Below, in pieces: positions 37,914 through 49,705 of a stretch of 64,000 nt of DNA. Origin of the DNA: Eledone cirrhosa (taxonomy: Eukaryota); the NCBI GenBank assembly GCA_964016885.1, contig OZ024741.1, positions 40,920,001 to 40,984,000 on the forward strand, given 5' to 3'. The position numbers and the translations under genes were made by a program. The notes below the pieces were generated by a model. That model ran no database searches, was not told the origin of the DNA, and saw nothing but the letters and a program-made list of their open reading frames with translations. Each line of letters begins with the position of its first letter. Position 1 is the stretch's first letter.

Positions 37914-38262
37914 TCATTTCATTTTACATCCACTTCTCCCTGCTTGCAATGGTGGGAACTGATTCTGGCTTGATTTCTAGTTGGTTGCCCTTCCTAACAC
38001 CAACCTCATTTACAGTGAGAGCTGGGTGCTTTTTTCTGTCGCTCCTACATGCCCACTCTACAGTGTGGGCTGGGTGCTTTTCTGCTATGGCACCTCCACG
38101 ACCACCTTGCAGTGGAATGATAAGGATCCCAGTCCCTATCATCTCATTTCTACAGCTGAGTAAACTGGAGCAACGTGAAATAAAGTGTCTTGCTCAAGGA
38201 AACAACACATCACCCGGTCTGAGAATTGAACTCACAACCTTTCGATTGCAAGGCCAATGTGC
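37910..38262 (-). mobile_element. Family B CORE-like SINE
   Basis: Matches 28165-28507; head truncated. Confidence 0.85.
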
Positions 38263-38265
38263 CTT

Positions 38266-38298
<33 letters not shown>

Positions 38299-38702
38299 TG
38301 AGAGAGAGAGATAGAGAAAGAAAGAGAGATAAAAATCAAAATATTGGAAGATTAAGGATTTCTATACAAATTGTGTTATATAGGAAAAATGATAGAGAAC
38401 TGAAAAAAAATCCCTGTAATGTGTTTTTATTTTTATATACATCTCTCGAGTATAGCACACAATGGAAAAAAATATGCAAAGTGTTCAGCTTTGTCTTAAA
38501 TATTTCTAGAAAAAAACTTTTCTTTGGCAATCCATTTTTCCTCTGATATTGACTGGCAACATTGGTAGAATGGGAAGACTTTAGAATTTGGTAAAGTTCA
38601 CCTCCCACACTCATCTTTATTGTATATAGATCTGTAATTTGTTCGCAGTCAGAGTATTAGCCCTCTTTGGCCAATGTATGTATGTATGTATGTATGTATA
38701 TA

Positions 38703-39316
38703 TGTTGGTGCTACTGGTAACATGTATCCAGTACAACCTGTCCCATGGTCAGGTCGTTGGCGACTAAACTGCCAACCCCACCAAGGTTTCTTGGTGAGGA
38801 GGGTGACTTTGGACATCCTGCAGGACTAAAAACAAAACCTGTCAAAGGGCAAAGGAGCTCTTAAGAGTCAATGGCCATCCAAAATCACTGGGAGAGATGA
38901 CCCCTTAGCCTTTGTCAAGGCAGAATTCTAGGAGAAGGAAAACTCTGATATAACACCTGCAACTCTGATGGTATCCAATGATGTTGACCTGTTCTTCTTT
39001 TTGGTAATTATCATCTTGGTTAAGAGAGTGGGACTGGCTTTGTGCAGTGCCTTTGCTCACTATAAAAGGTTCACGGGACAAGCATTGCTTTATATCTGAA
39101 GATCTCTCTGCACTTGTCGTCACATGGTACCAAGGGCCCAGCACTATGTGTCAATAATTGTCACAAGTGTAGCGTTTGTACCAGAGTTTTCAAGTCGCTG
39201 GCTGGACTAAAAAGTCACATTCGTTCAGCGCATCGGTAGGGGTTCTTCTACATGGATATAAAGTAGTGGCTGTACTCGAAATCTAGTTGGCAGCCACCAT
39301 GTATATATGTATGTAT
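38703..39316 (+). mobile_element. Non-autonomous RTE-related element (5'-UTR-like part plus C2H2-coding 3' end, (TATG)n tail)
   Basis: 39168-39239 encodes CSVCTRVFKSLAGLKSHIRSAHR*; near-identical inverted copy at 45985-46452. Confidence 0.7.
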
Positions 39317-39334
39317 ACACACACACACACACAC

Positions 39335-39998
39335 ATTTTCTTATTTTACGTCTTTCATATTATTGTTCTGCATCCCCTTGCATTGAACCAGTTACTAAGA
39401 CAAAACCTATATATTTGCTAGCATAGGTATGCATTGGTATATATATATGTTAGTAGATATACTAATTCTTTATAATTATCTCCAAATTATTTTGTTGAGC
39501 AAAAATTTGCCAAAACTGCTACTATAGTTCATAGTAATGGTTCGGCTGCTGTCTTCTTAACACCCCACTCCTCACTGATTAACCTCGATGTTACGTGATT
39601 GATTCTTTTGAATTTGCTACCGACCGAGTAGGCAGTGATTTTTTCAATGTCTTGGAACTTAGTCCACGCTTTGCTTTTTTCCATCCACTGAATTATTTTT
39701 GTATAAGTTCCCTGTGTCCACGCATTGCCTGGAAACTTAGCTGAGAATAGACTTCCCTGATGACGAAAGGATTTCTCCGTGCGTTTCTTCGGAAACCATG
39801 TTTATTCCCTTTCAGAAACTAATTAGTTGGAGTGAAATTTTAGTAAGTAAGTTAATTTTTATAATTTTCTTATTTTACGTCTTTCATATTATTGTTCTGC
39901 ATCACCTTGCATTGAACCACAAAGTTACTAAGACAAAACCTATATATTTACTAGCATAGGTATGCATCTGTATATATATGTTAGTAGATATACTAATT

Positions 39999-40005
<7 letters not shown>
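39335..40005 (+). mobile_element. Terminally redundant element (~140-bp direct repeats, 529-bp period) containing a hammerhead-like motif at 39745-39807
   Basis: 39335-39474 nearly equals 39864-40005; CTGATGA 39757-63, GAAA 39792-95. Confidence 0.7.
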
Positions 40006-40034
<29 letters not shown>

Positions 40035-40829
40035 AGGGTTGACGGACCCAGCATATTTATCAATGCCAGTACCAGTTGTATCTCAGCGCACTCAATGGAC
40101 AATGTAAGATACATTACCAGAGTATACACATAGTTATTTGCCTCAACACAACACACGTAAAACGGGTGCCTATAAGGTTCCCGGACTTGAGTTTCTGCAA
40201 CACTAATGCAGCAGTAAGGTGCACTGCACCATCTGTCTGCATATATTATGCAACAATGCACAATTGGCTTATGCGGCTTCATCAGCGGGTATTGCCTAAT
40301 CAATAACCAATCGATCGACATAATCCAAACACCGGCCAGTGGCGGTCATGACTGTTTGTGACAACCGACACGGTAAAGTGATTAACTGGCAACCGATAGG
40401 ACTCTATCTCTCAACTAGCCACTGATTTACAAATTTTACGTGGGGACGGGAAGCTAAAAAGAATCAATCTTTTAGTTCCTGTCAGAAGCACTCAGCCAAC
40501 GTGTCTCACACACAAATTATCAAGGGGTGAAAAGATGGCTATTAGAAATAGCAATTCACATTGATATAAAATAGAATGGTAGCATTCAGTTCATGTCTCC
40601 AAGCCCCATGGCTAGAGGAAAGCGATGGTAACAATGGTAGTGCCAAGAACCTTTAACGGACATTAAATGCGATCATCCATTATATACCAATATTGTAGCA
40701 AGCTGAAATGTGTCAGCCATGTGCGTAGATAACCAGTCTAATTCACAACTTAAAAGAGTGAGAGACAAAATTAGTAGCAGGAAAAAGAGTGCATATCAAA
40801 ACAAATAGCAACATATACATATATCTATA

Positions 40830-43464
40830 CACATTCGTAAACACAAAAGCCTTCCCTAGTGAGGAATGTACATCCCAACATAGCTTAGTTGTCAGAGACC
40901 TCACAGTCAGAACTAGACGAACCAGGAAACAGAGGCCAACCTGGAGAAGAAAGATCTGGAAGCTGAAAGACCCCTCAACCAGTAACAGATTTAAAGATAT
41001 TTTACTCAAAGCCTACGACAGTAAAGAAGAACAGATAGAGACATTCAATGAACTGGGAGTTCCTAAAAAATAACTTACTAGAGGCGACGGATGAGGTCTG
41101 TGGCTGGAGTAAGACCTCAAGCAGGAGGAGAGTGACTTGGTGGTGGAACAATAAGGTAGATGAGGCAGTTAAGGCCAAGAGACAGGCATGGAAAGAATGG
41201 AAGAACGGGGGGAGCAGCGTACATTACATAGAAACCAAGAGGGAAGCTAGGCGACAAGTATACTTAGCTAGGAGGGAAGCAGAGGATAGAAAATTCAAGC
41301 ATGTTTTGCAACGTGAGGACCAGAAACAGGAGGTGTTCAAGATTGCGAGGCAGTGTGTCAGAGAGAGTTGTGATGTCATTGGAGAGAAGGGTATCCGGAA
41401 TGATAAAGGTGAGCTTGCCCTCACAAGTGCTGAGAAGAAAGATGCATGGAAGTGTCATTATGATAGATTACTAAATGAGGAGAATGCATGGGAAGAAGAG
41501 ACCCTACCCCAAGTAGACCCTATAGAGGGGCCAGCAGTACAAGTCAGCAGCAATGTAGTAAGTAAGGCAATCAAAGATATGAAGATGGGGAAGGCAACCG
41601 GTCCATCGGGTATAGCTGCCGAGATGTTGAAGGCATCTGGGTCTGTAGGTCACACTATAACCACACGTATTGTTAACCAGGTAATACTAGAAGGTGTCAT
41701 ACCAAAAGATTGGTGCAGTAGCATCATTGTCAACTGCTACAAAGGTAAAGGTGATGCACTAGATAAAGGAAACTATAGAGGTATAAAGCTGATGGACTAG
41801 GTCATGAAAGTAACAGAAAGAGTTATAGCACAGTTGATTAGGGACCGGGTGAAACTAGACGAGATGCAATTTGGGTTTGTACCAGGAAGAGGCACCACTG
41901 ATGCCCTCTTCCTTGTGAGGCAGTTACAGGAAAAGTACCTAGCTAAAAGTAAGCCACTCTACCTGGCATTTGTCGACCTTGAGAAAGCCTTTGACAGAGT
42001 TCCACATGCTGTAATCTGGTGGGCTCTTAGAAAACTAGGAGTAGATGAATGGCTTGTGAAAGAGGTACAAGCCATGTATAGGGGAGCAGTCAGCAAAGTT
42101 AGGATTAGCAATGAGTATAGCGAGGAATTTAGCGTACAGGTTGGGGTCCACCAGGGCTCTGTTCTTAGTCCCCTCCTGTTCATCATAGTCCTGCAGGCAA
42201 TAATGAAGGAGTTTAAGACCGGATGCCCATGGGAACTCCTGTATGCTGATGACCTCGCACTTATAGCTGAATCTATGGTAGAACTAGAGAAGAAATTCCA
42301 AACTTGGAAGCAGGGACTAGAAAGAAAGGGTCTCAAAGTCAACATGACAAAGACTAAGGTCCTTGTAAGTAGACGAGAAAACAGAACCCAGATCCCCTCA
42401 GGGAAATGGCCTTGCTCAGTATGTAGGAAAGGTGTAGGTAGGAACTCCATTCTCTGCCCCAAATGCAAACAATGGGTACACAAGAGATGTAGCGGGATCT
42501 CAGCAAGCTTAATTTAGAATGTAGGCTTCACATGCAGCAGCTGTGCTGGGACAGCAAGCAGCAAACAGCTACAGGAAACAAGTACCACCAATCTCTGGGA
42601 GGGCTCTGTAGAAACAGTAGACAGCTTCTGCTACCTAGGTGACCGAATTAGCAGCGGAGGTGGGTGTTCAGAAAGTACAATAACTAGGGTAAGAACGGGA
42701 TGGAAGAAGTTTAGGGAACTACTACCACTGCTAGCTGCAAAAGGCTTCTCCCTCAAAATGAAAGGCAGACTGTATGATGCGTGTATCCGAACAGCGATGT
42801 TGCATGGTAGTGAGACCTGGGCGCTGAAGGTGGAAGACTTACGTAGATTAGAGAAAAACGAAGTGACAAAGCATAAATGAATTGAGAGAGAGACTGAGCA
42901 TAAGAAGAATCAAATGCTGTGTGCAGGAGAGGTGGTTGCGCTGGTATGGACATGTGATGCGTATGAAGGTGACATCTTCATAAAAAGGTGCAGAGCACTA
43001 GAAGTCGATGGAAACCGCGGAGTGGGGAGACCCAAGATGACCTGGGATGAGGTGATAACAGCCGATCTTACCCAATTACACCTCTCAAAGGCGATGACAC
43101 ACGACCGTGACCTCTGGCATCATGCAGTAATACAGAGTACCCGACCTCCCATGGGTACAAGCTGAAGCACATAGACAATATGCCCCCCCCCCCACCGCAA
43201 GGTGTTCGTGGAGGTGCCAAGGCAAAAAAGCACCCAGCCCACACTGTAAAGTGGACGTGTAGGCGCCACGAAAAAGCACCCAGCACTGTAAATGAGGTTG
43301 GTGTTAGGAAGGGCATCCAGCTGTAGAAATCAAGCCAAATCAGTTCCTGTATGAGCAAGGCATGGTCAGCCGACCAGACACTGCCCACAACAGGACAACC
43401 CGTCTAACCCATGCTAGCGTGGAAGAACGGACGTAAAACGGTGATGATGATGATGATGATGATG
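40830..43464 (+). mobile_element. 5'-truncated RTE LINE with PHD-finger insert, decayed
   Basis: NYRGIKLMD*, QFGFVPGRGTTDA, FVDLEKAFDRV, GVHQGSVLSP, YADD; stops at 41798 and 42515; deletion near 42865; 3' UTR plus (GAT)n tail. Confidence 0.92.
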
Positions 43465-44011
43465 ACATTAAACTTAAGCTGAAATCTCGCTCTTTGGAGA
43501 TATAAGCTAGACCGACTATGATAAGTTAGTTTTACTAAAAGAAATAATATCATTTGGCTTTTGGGAAGCCTGACAATGTGTGTTTGGTAAAAAAATGCCA
43601 AGGTTATAAGAAAGTAGAAGAAAAAAAGGACACTGAAATAAAGTAAAACAATGAGGACGATAGGAAATTACCTTAGCAATTATTAATGAGCCCAAATCTT
43701 TTTGGATTTACCATCCGTTATCCAAGGGAGTCCATAGCGGAACCTCAAAGAGATCAAACAACCAACCACGATAATTATCAGGTTTCTCTCTGAGCCCCCC
43801 CCACCCCCCGATAATGGATGAGTAATCCGAAAATATTTGTGATCATTAAAAATGTCTAAAGTAATTTCCTATTATCATCCGCATTCTTTTACTTCACTTC
43901 AGTGTCCTTTCTTCTTCATTTTTATCAAACATGCAATGTTAGGCTTCCAAATAACCTTATTTCTTATTTGTATCTCACATTCCATAATGCTTCAAGCAAA
44001 CTACCAGACAT

Positions 44012-44066
<55 letters not shown>

Positions 44067-44911
44067 TGTGTGTGTATATATATATATATATATCCACACA
44101 CACATATATATAAACAGGGAAAAAGAGAGAGAGAGAGAGAGTGAGAGAAATACCAAAGAGACTGAATAGAGAGGAAAAAATTTGAATTTCTTCAAATACA
44201 TCAACCCACTACCAGTGTATGAGATCATATATTGGAGGTAGCACAGGAATGGCCATTGTGTACATACAAGAATATAACCATACACACACACACATAAATA
44301 TATATACTATCAAGCACCATCAGTGACAAACTATACATACATTCATACATCATGTACAGCAGTTCCCTTTACATTCACCACTGGTGTCACTAAAGTAAAG
44401 AAATTTTGATAAATTGGCACAAAAGTGATATCACTTATATCTTTAAAAACATTCTCTCTAAAAGATAAAATTATGTTTATGATCAGGACCTCCTTATTAA
44501 AAGGTAACAGGAGCTCTGTTTGAACTGGGGACCCTACTTGAAGAAGGGCTCTGATTGGAGAAGGCGTCGCTATATGATGTGGGAGGTCCAGAGCATTCAC
44601 CCCACCACTATTTGGTTCTAGCAAGTACAAATACATAAACCTAAATGAGGTGTATGGCCATACATCCTCTTTCATTTTTATGAAATGAATGACGAAATAG
44701 TTAGTGCAGTGATAATCATTCATCTCCTTGATACTGATTACAGCTGGAAAAATGTGCGTGTGTATATATATATATATAGGCATCATCTAGTGGCACCAAG
44801 CTTGGCACTGTGGTCGGGATTATACATAACTCTATACCCACTCTACATCTACTCATGCATTGAGTACTTCTATGATTAGTAGTCTCTTCGGTCTCAATAC
44901 AATACCCCAGA

Positions 44912-44958
<47 letters not shown>

Positions 44959-45984
44959 TATATAGTCTGTGTGTGTGTGTTAATATACTAATATATACAC
45001 ACACTTTTGTCATAAAAGCACACATGAAAAAGCAAACATACGAACACATACACGTAAATACAAATACACATGAACAGAGATACACACTCAAAAATGCAAA
45101 TATTGATATTCAGAAATGCAGACACCCATGAAAATATACATGCACACAAACAAACACACACACAAACAGAAACACACACACACACATACATACATGTAGA
45201 GATAATTATATAGTTTCAATGTTTATTCATCAAATTAGAAAAGACAATAAAAAATAATGATGATGATGATGATGGGGAGGACGAGGAGAAGGAGTAAAAG
45301 GGTAGATGAAATAAAAGTAAAAAAAAAATATAGTACAGAACCCCCCAAAAAATCAAAAATAAAAACGAAAAATAGTTTAACTGAAGAAGAATCAAAACCT
45401 ACTTCATTTTCTCTTTGATGATGATAATGGTGAAGTTGATGGGCTTTTATCAATCTACTTTTCAAGACTTTCACTATCGATTAGTAAAAACTAAAGCAAT
45501 CTTGGCACTAATTTCCTGCAACTTTGGAAAATTATGCCATTTACTTTGTTGCTTCTTAAGAGAAGAAAACGATAAATAACCACACTGGACTTCAAACATC
45601 ATTAAAGAAAATTCATTCAACATTTAGTTTCTTTAAAAGATTTATTAACAGAAGTTAAGATAGAATCTATTTTATTTTATCTGATTGTCTATCTTATTTC
45701 TTTTTCTATACATCTATTTAAATGTATTCTTTCTATCTATATTTATTTACATCAATATTTATACACACATAAATACACACACACACACATATATACACAT
45801 AAATATATATATATATATATATATATTCATTAAAATAACAGATTAAAGTTTAAGCAAAGAATCGCTGCTTTCACCCTTAATGGGATCTTCAAATTTATTA
45901 TTATTACTATATATATATATGTTATCCTGGGTATATATATATATACATACATATATATACATAAATATACATACATATGTATAC

Positions 45985-46452
45985 ATACATACATGGTGGC
46001 TGCCAACTCGTTTTCGAGTACGACCACTACTTTATATCCATGTAGGAGAACTCCTACCGATGCGCTGAACAAGTGCGACTTTTTAGTCCAGCCAGCGACT
46101 TGAAAACTCTGGTACAAACACTACACTTGTGACAATTATTGACACATAGTGCTGGGCCCATGGTACCATGTGACGACAAGTGCAGAGAGATCTCCAGATA
46201 TAAAGCAATGCTTGTGCCGTGAAGCTTTTATAGTGAGCAAAGGCACTGCACAAAGCCAGTCCCACTCTCTTGACCAAGATGATATTTACCAAAAAGAAGA
46301 ACAAGTCAACATCATTGGATACCATCAGGGTTGCAAGTCACCCTCCTCACCAAGAAACCTTGGTGGGGTTGCCAGTTTAGTCGCCAACGACCTGACCATG
46401 AGACAGGTTGTACTGGGATACATGTTACCAGTAGCACCAACTGGTGACCTGA
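45985..46452 (-). mobile_element. Second copy of the 38703 element with a ~150-bp internal deletion
   Basis: Joins GGTGACTT|GCAAC (lacks ~38809-38957); flanked by duplicated TATATATGTTATCCTGGG(TA)nCATACATATATA. Confidence 0.85.
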
Positions 46453-46725
46453 CATATATACATACATACATACATATATATGTTATCCTGGGTATATATA
46501 TATATATATATACATACATATATATATACCCGGGTATATAAATATACATATATATATATATATATATACTAGCAGCCAAAGTGTATGATAAAGTAATATC
46601 TGTATAAATACAGAGTGTGTATCCGAGACTGCACCAGCGTGTATATAAATATATACACATACCTAACATGTAGACATGTAACACATGCCAGAAAATATGA
46701 ATTTCTCCTATAAGCTGAAAAAATG

Positions 46726-46776
46726 ATAAACATCTTTAATCGATTTTCAGATCTAATCTCATCAGAAAATGTTTAT
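46726..46776 (-). ncRNA. Type I minimal hammerhead ribozyme, complete core
   Basis: ATAAACATTTT-CTGATGA-GATTAGATCT-GAAA-ATCGAT-TA^-AAGATGTTTAT; 11-bp stem I, weak stem II. Confidence 0.72.
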
Positions 46777-46869
46777 ATCAGCCAATCAACCACAAGGAAA
46801 AATGTATTTGATGGGAATATATAACCACATATATCTTAATTACCAACAAAATCTTTTGCTACCTTCGTG

Positions 46870-47430
46870 ATGTAATAGGAGCTGTTGGAAGTTGTTTTCT
46901 GCTTCTATTGTCAAACACAGATCTGCATGGAAATCCTTTCAAGCGCCCTTACTAATCCTGACAGGGCGATGCCTATCTCTTGAAACCAGTTTGATGTTTG
47001 TATTCAATTTGAGTTGTTGTATGGTAGTGAGTGTTGGGTCCCCGAGTTTGAGGACAAATTGCAACTGAATAGAAATGAAAATGATATGATTTGCTGGATA
47101 TGTGGTATCAAAATCTCAGAGTCCTCATGAAATTTCTCTACCAAAAATTAAAGATACCTGCATTTGACTTTGTTTTAAGAGCATGCAGATTGCATCGGTT
47201 TGGACATGTGAATTCTAATGATGGGTGGATACATCGGTGTACCAAGATTATGGGCTCTTGTAGATGGGGAAGGGAGCACTTATACAAGAACTGGGAAGAG
47301 ATAATCATATATGATCTGAAAGCCTGAATAAATACCTATCCTTGGTACAAACACCCTGGAGAGATGCTTTGAAAGAGGCTACAATAATGACCAAAGCTTG
47401 TGAGAAGTAAAGAAGTTGTTAAAGTAGATG
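46870..47430 (+). mobile_element. Highly decayed RTE 3' fragment
   Basis: Remnants LLYGSECW, RNENDMICWICGI, RLHRFGHV, WEEII.YDL. Confidence 0.65.
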
Positions 47431-47954
47431 ATGTGTGTGTATGTCTGTGTATATATATGTATGATATATATATATACTATATATATATATATTATATATA
47501 TATACACACACACATGCGCATATACACATAGAGTATTGCAAAAAATATACTAGCAAAATTTGCAATACAATAAAAATGTTTATACATAATAAACTTTATG
47601 TAAACTATCTTTGATGCATTTTTCCTTTCACACACATGAGGATTTTTTTTTCTAGTACTAGTAGCTGGAAATAATGTGGCAAAGATTGAAAGCTTAATAG
47701 CTTCAGAAAAAGACACCAACATTTCAACAGTTCCATTATTGCTACCTATAAACTATATCTATTCTTATACAATGTTCACAAAACAAGTAATTTTTTCTTT
47801 TTATCAGAATACTTAACATTTTGAACTCATTGGCCCTGAACACTGATGTTGATGAGGTTATTTGACTATATCCCACCAACACAGTATTCTGTTCAGTCGT
47901 ACACTTCTGTTTATTACTGTTATTTACACTACTTACTTTGCAATTCAATGATAT

Positions 47955-48200
47955 ATCATCATCATCACCATGCAAGCATGGGTTGAATGGGCTCTTTTCA
48001 GTACAACATCTCTCCACTTGCTGTGTTCTTTTGTCATTTCCTCTGTGAGTCTCAGCAATTTGAGATCAACTCTCACTACCTCTGCCCAGGTCTTCCTTGG
48101 TCTACCTCTACCATGGCTATTCCCTACTAGGATTTCCTGGCATTTCTTCACCCAGCATTCTTTATCCATGTACATTATATGTCTGTACAAATGCAGTCTT
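47955..48200 (-). mobile_element. RTE 3' fragment
   Basis: WVKKCQEILVGNSHGRGRPRKTWAEVVRVDL plus (TGA)n tail. Confidence 0.8.
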
Positions 48201-48367
48201 CATAATATTATATGAGTGGAATATATATTGTGTCTTGGCTTAGCTTATTTGTTCCCAAGCAAAAATTACCATCTGTTTTTTCATGTTAGTATTGTTCAAG
48301 AGTAACATGCGATGGTGGTGGAGCTTGTGGAGGTGTGAAGATAGTAGTGATACTGAGAGAGGGGATG

Positions 48368-48512
48368 AGGAAGGAACTGCTCCATCAAGGACCATGAGAG
48401 AGAGAGAGCGAGAGAGAGGGGGGAGGAACTGTTCCATCAAGGACCATGAGAGAGGGGGGGAGAGGGGGGATGGAGAGAGAGAGAGGGGGGAGGAACTGCT
48501 CCATCAAGGACC

Positions 48513-48550
<38 letters not shown>
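48368..48550. repeat. Three copies of GGAACTG(C/T)TCCATCAAGGACCATG separated by variable GA-rich tracts
   Basis: Direct inspection. Confidence 0.85.
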
Positions 48551-48554
<4 letters not shown>

Positions 48555-49654
48555 ACTCTACATTACAGTAGTTTCAAGATGGACACATGTCTCAACAGTG
48601 AGAGAGGTTATAATAATAGTAGTGACTCTATTCTCAATTTAAAATACTTGTAGCTTTGTGACGTGGGGATGTGTCTGTGAAACATACACATATACACCAG
48701 GTCCAAACACAAAGGAACCAAACACCCACTGTCACTGCCTCCATCTTTCCCACTCTCCCCATCTCTCACAATTATGAGAAAATTGGGGGCCACAAGCTTG
48801 CTGCCTTGCGGCTCTAGTGGTCAGAATAGAGAAGGTGTTTCCCCAGAGGATGGTAAGGGAGATGTGCTGGAACTGTCAGATGTTTTGGATAAAAGTAAAA
48901 TTTTGTGCGCAGTAGATCATCATCATCATCATCATCATTTTACGTCTGCTTTTAGATGTACAGGAGAAATAAACATTAAGAGAACAGATGAAATAGACTA
49001 CCTCAAATGTATAGGAGTCTCCCTAGAAATTGTTAGTTTATTTTTCCCCCACTTAGGAGACCTAATCTGGAGCTGGGTGGTTTCACCACATTTAGTATCA
49101 AATTATATTAAGACCAATATATGACATACAAACCCAGCCATAAAGTCTGTAGGGAAAATTCTTTTGGCAGGGGTTTTGTATTGCTATGTAACATTGCTTC
49201 CTCTGATTCCTTTTGTCCTCATTATCAGGAACTAGACTGGTGAATGATGCGTCACTAGGTCACTCAATCGGAGGCTGAATCAGATCAGATGACTGGCTAA
49301 TGTGACATGCACGAGGGATTCTTTTCAGAGAGTCTTTGTACCTTTTCTTTAGTGCCCTTGTGATATGCTGCCACAGCCTTCCATACATTTTACATGACAA
49401 ACTTTCTTGTAGTGTGTGCATATGTGTGCATGAGCATTATTATGGCTTGCATATACTTATATGATGGGATCTGTTTGATTGTGTGTGTGTGTGTGTGTAT
49501 CTATAGTATGTTTATGTGTTCATTATAGTATACATATGTGAGTGTTAACATGAATTGTATGAATTTAGATTAATATAAATAAGCACTTTAAAATAAGCAG
49601 TTTTGTATTATAGAACCAGTGATGGTTTCAGGTGGTTTGTTTTCAAAAGGATCA

Positions 49655-49705
<51 letters not shown>

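Noticed and set aside
40160-40200. Mariner-like TIR (ACGGGTGCCTATAAGGTTCCCGGACT)
   Set aside because: No matching second TIR or transposase remnant found.
46340-46452. HDV-like ribozyme at the 5' end of the non-autonomous RTE element
   Set aside because: A P1-like pairing exists (GGTCACCA/TGGCGACT) but I could not place P1.1, L3 or the catalytic J4/2.
48368-48550. CRISPR-like constant repeats with variable spacers
   Set aside because: Spacers are just GA-rich simple sequence, there are only three units, the context is eukaryotic and there are no cas genes.
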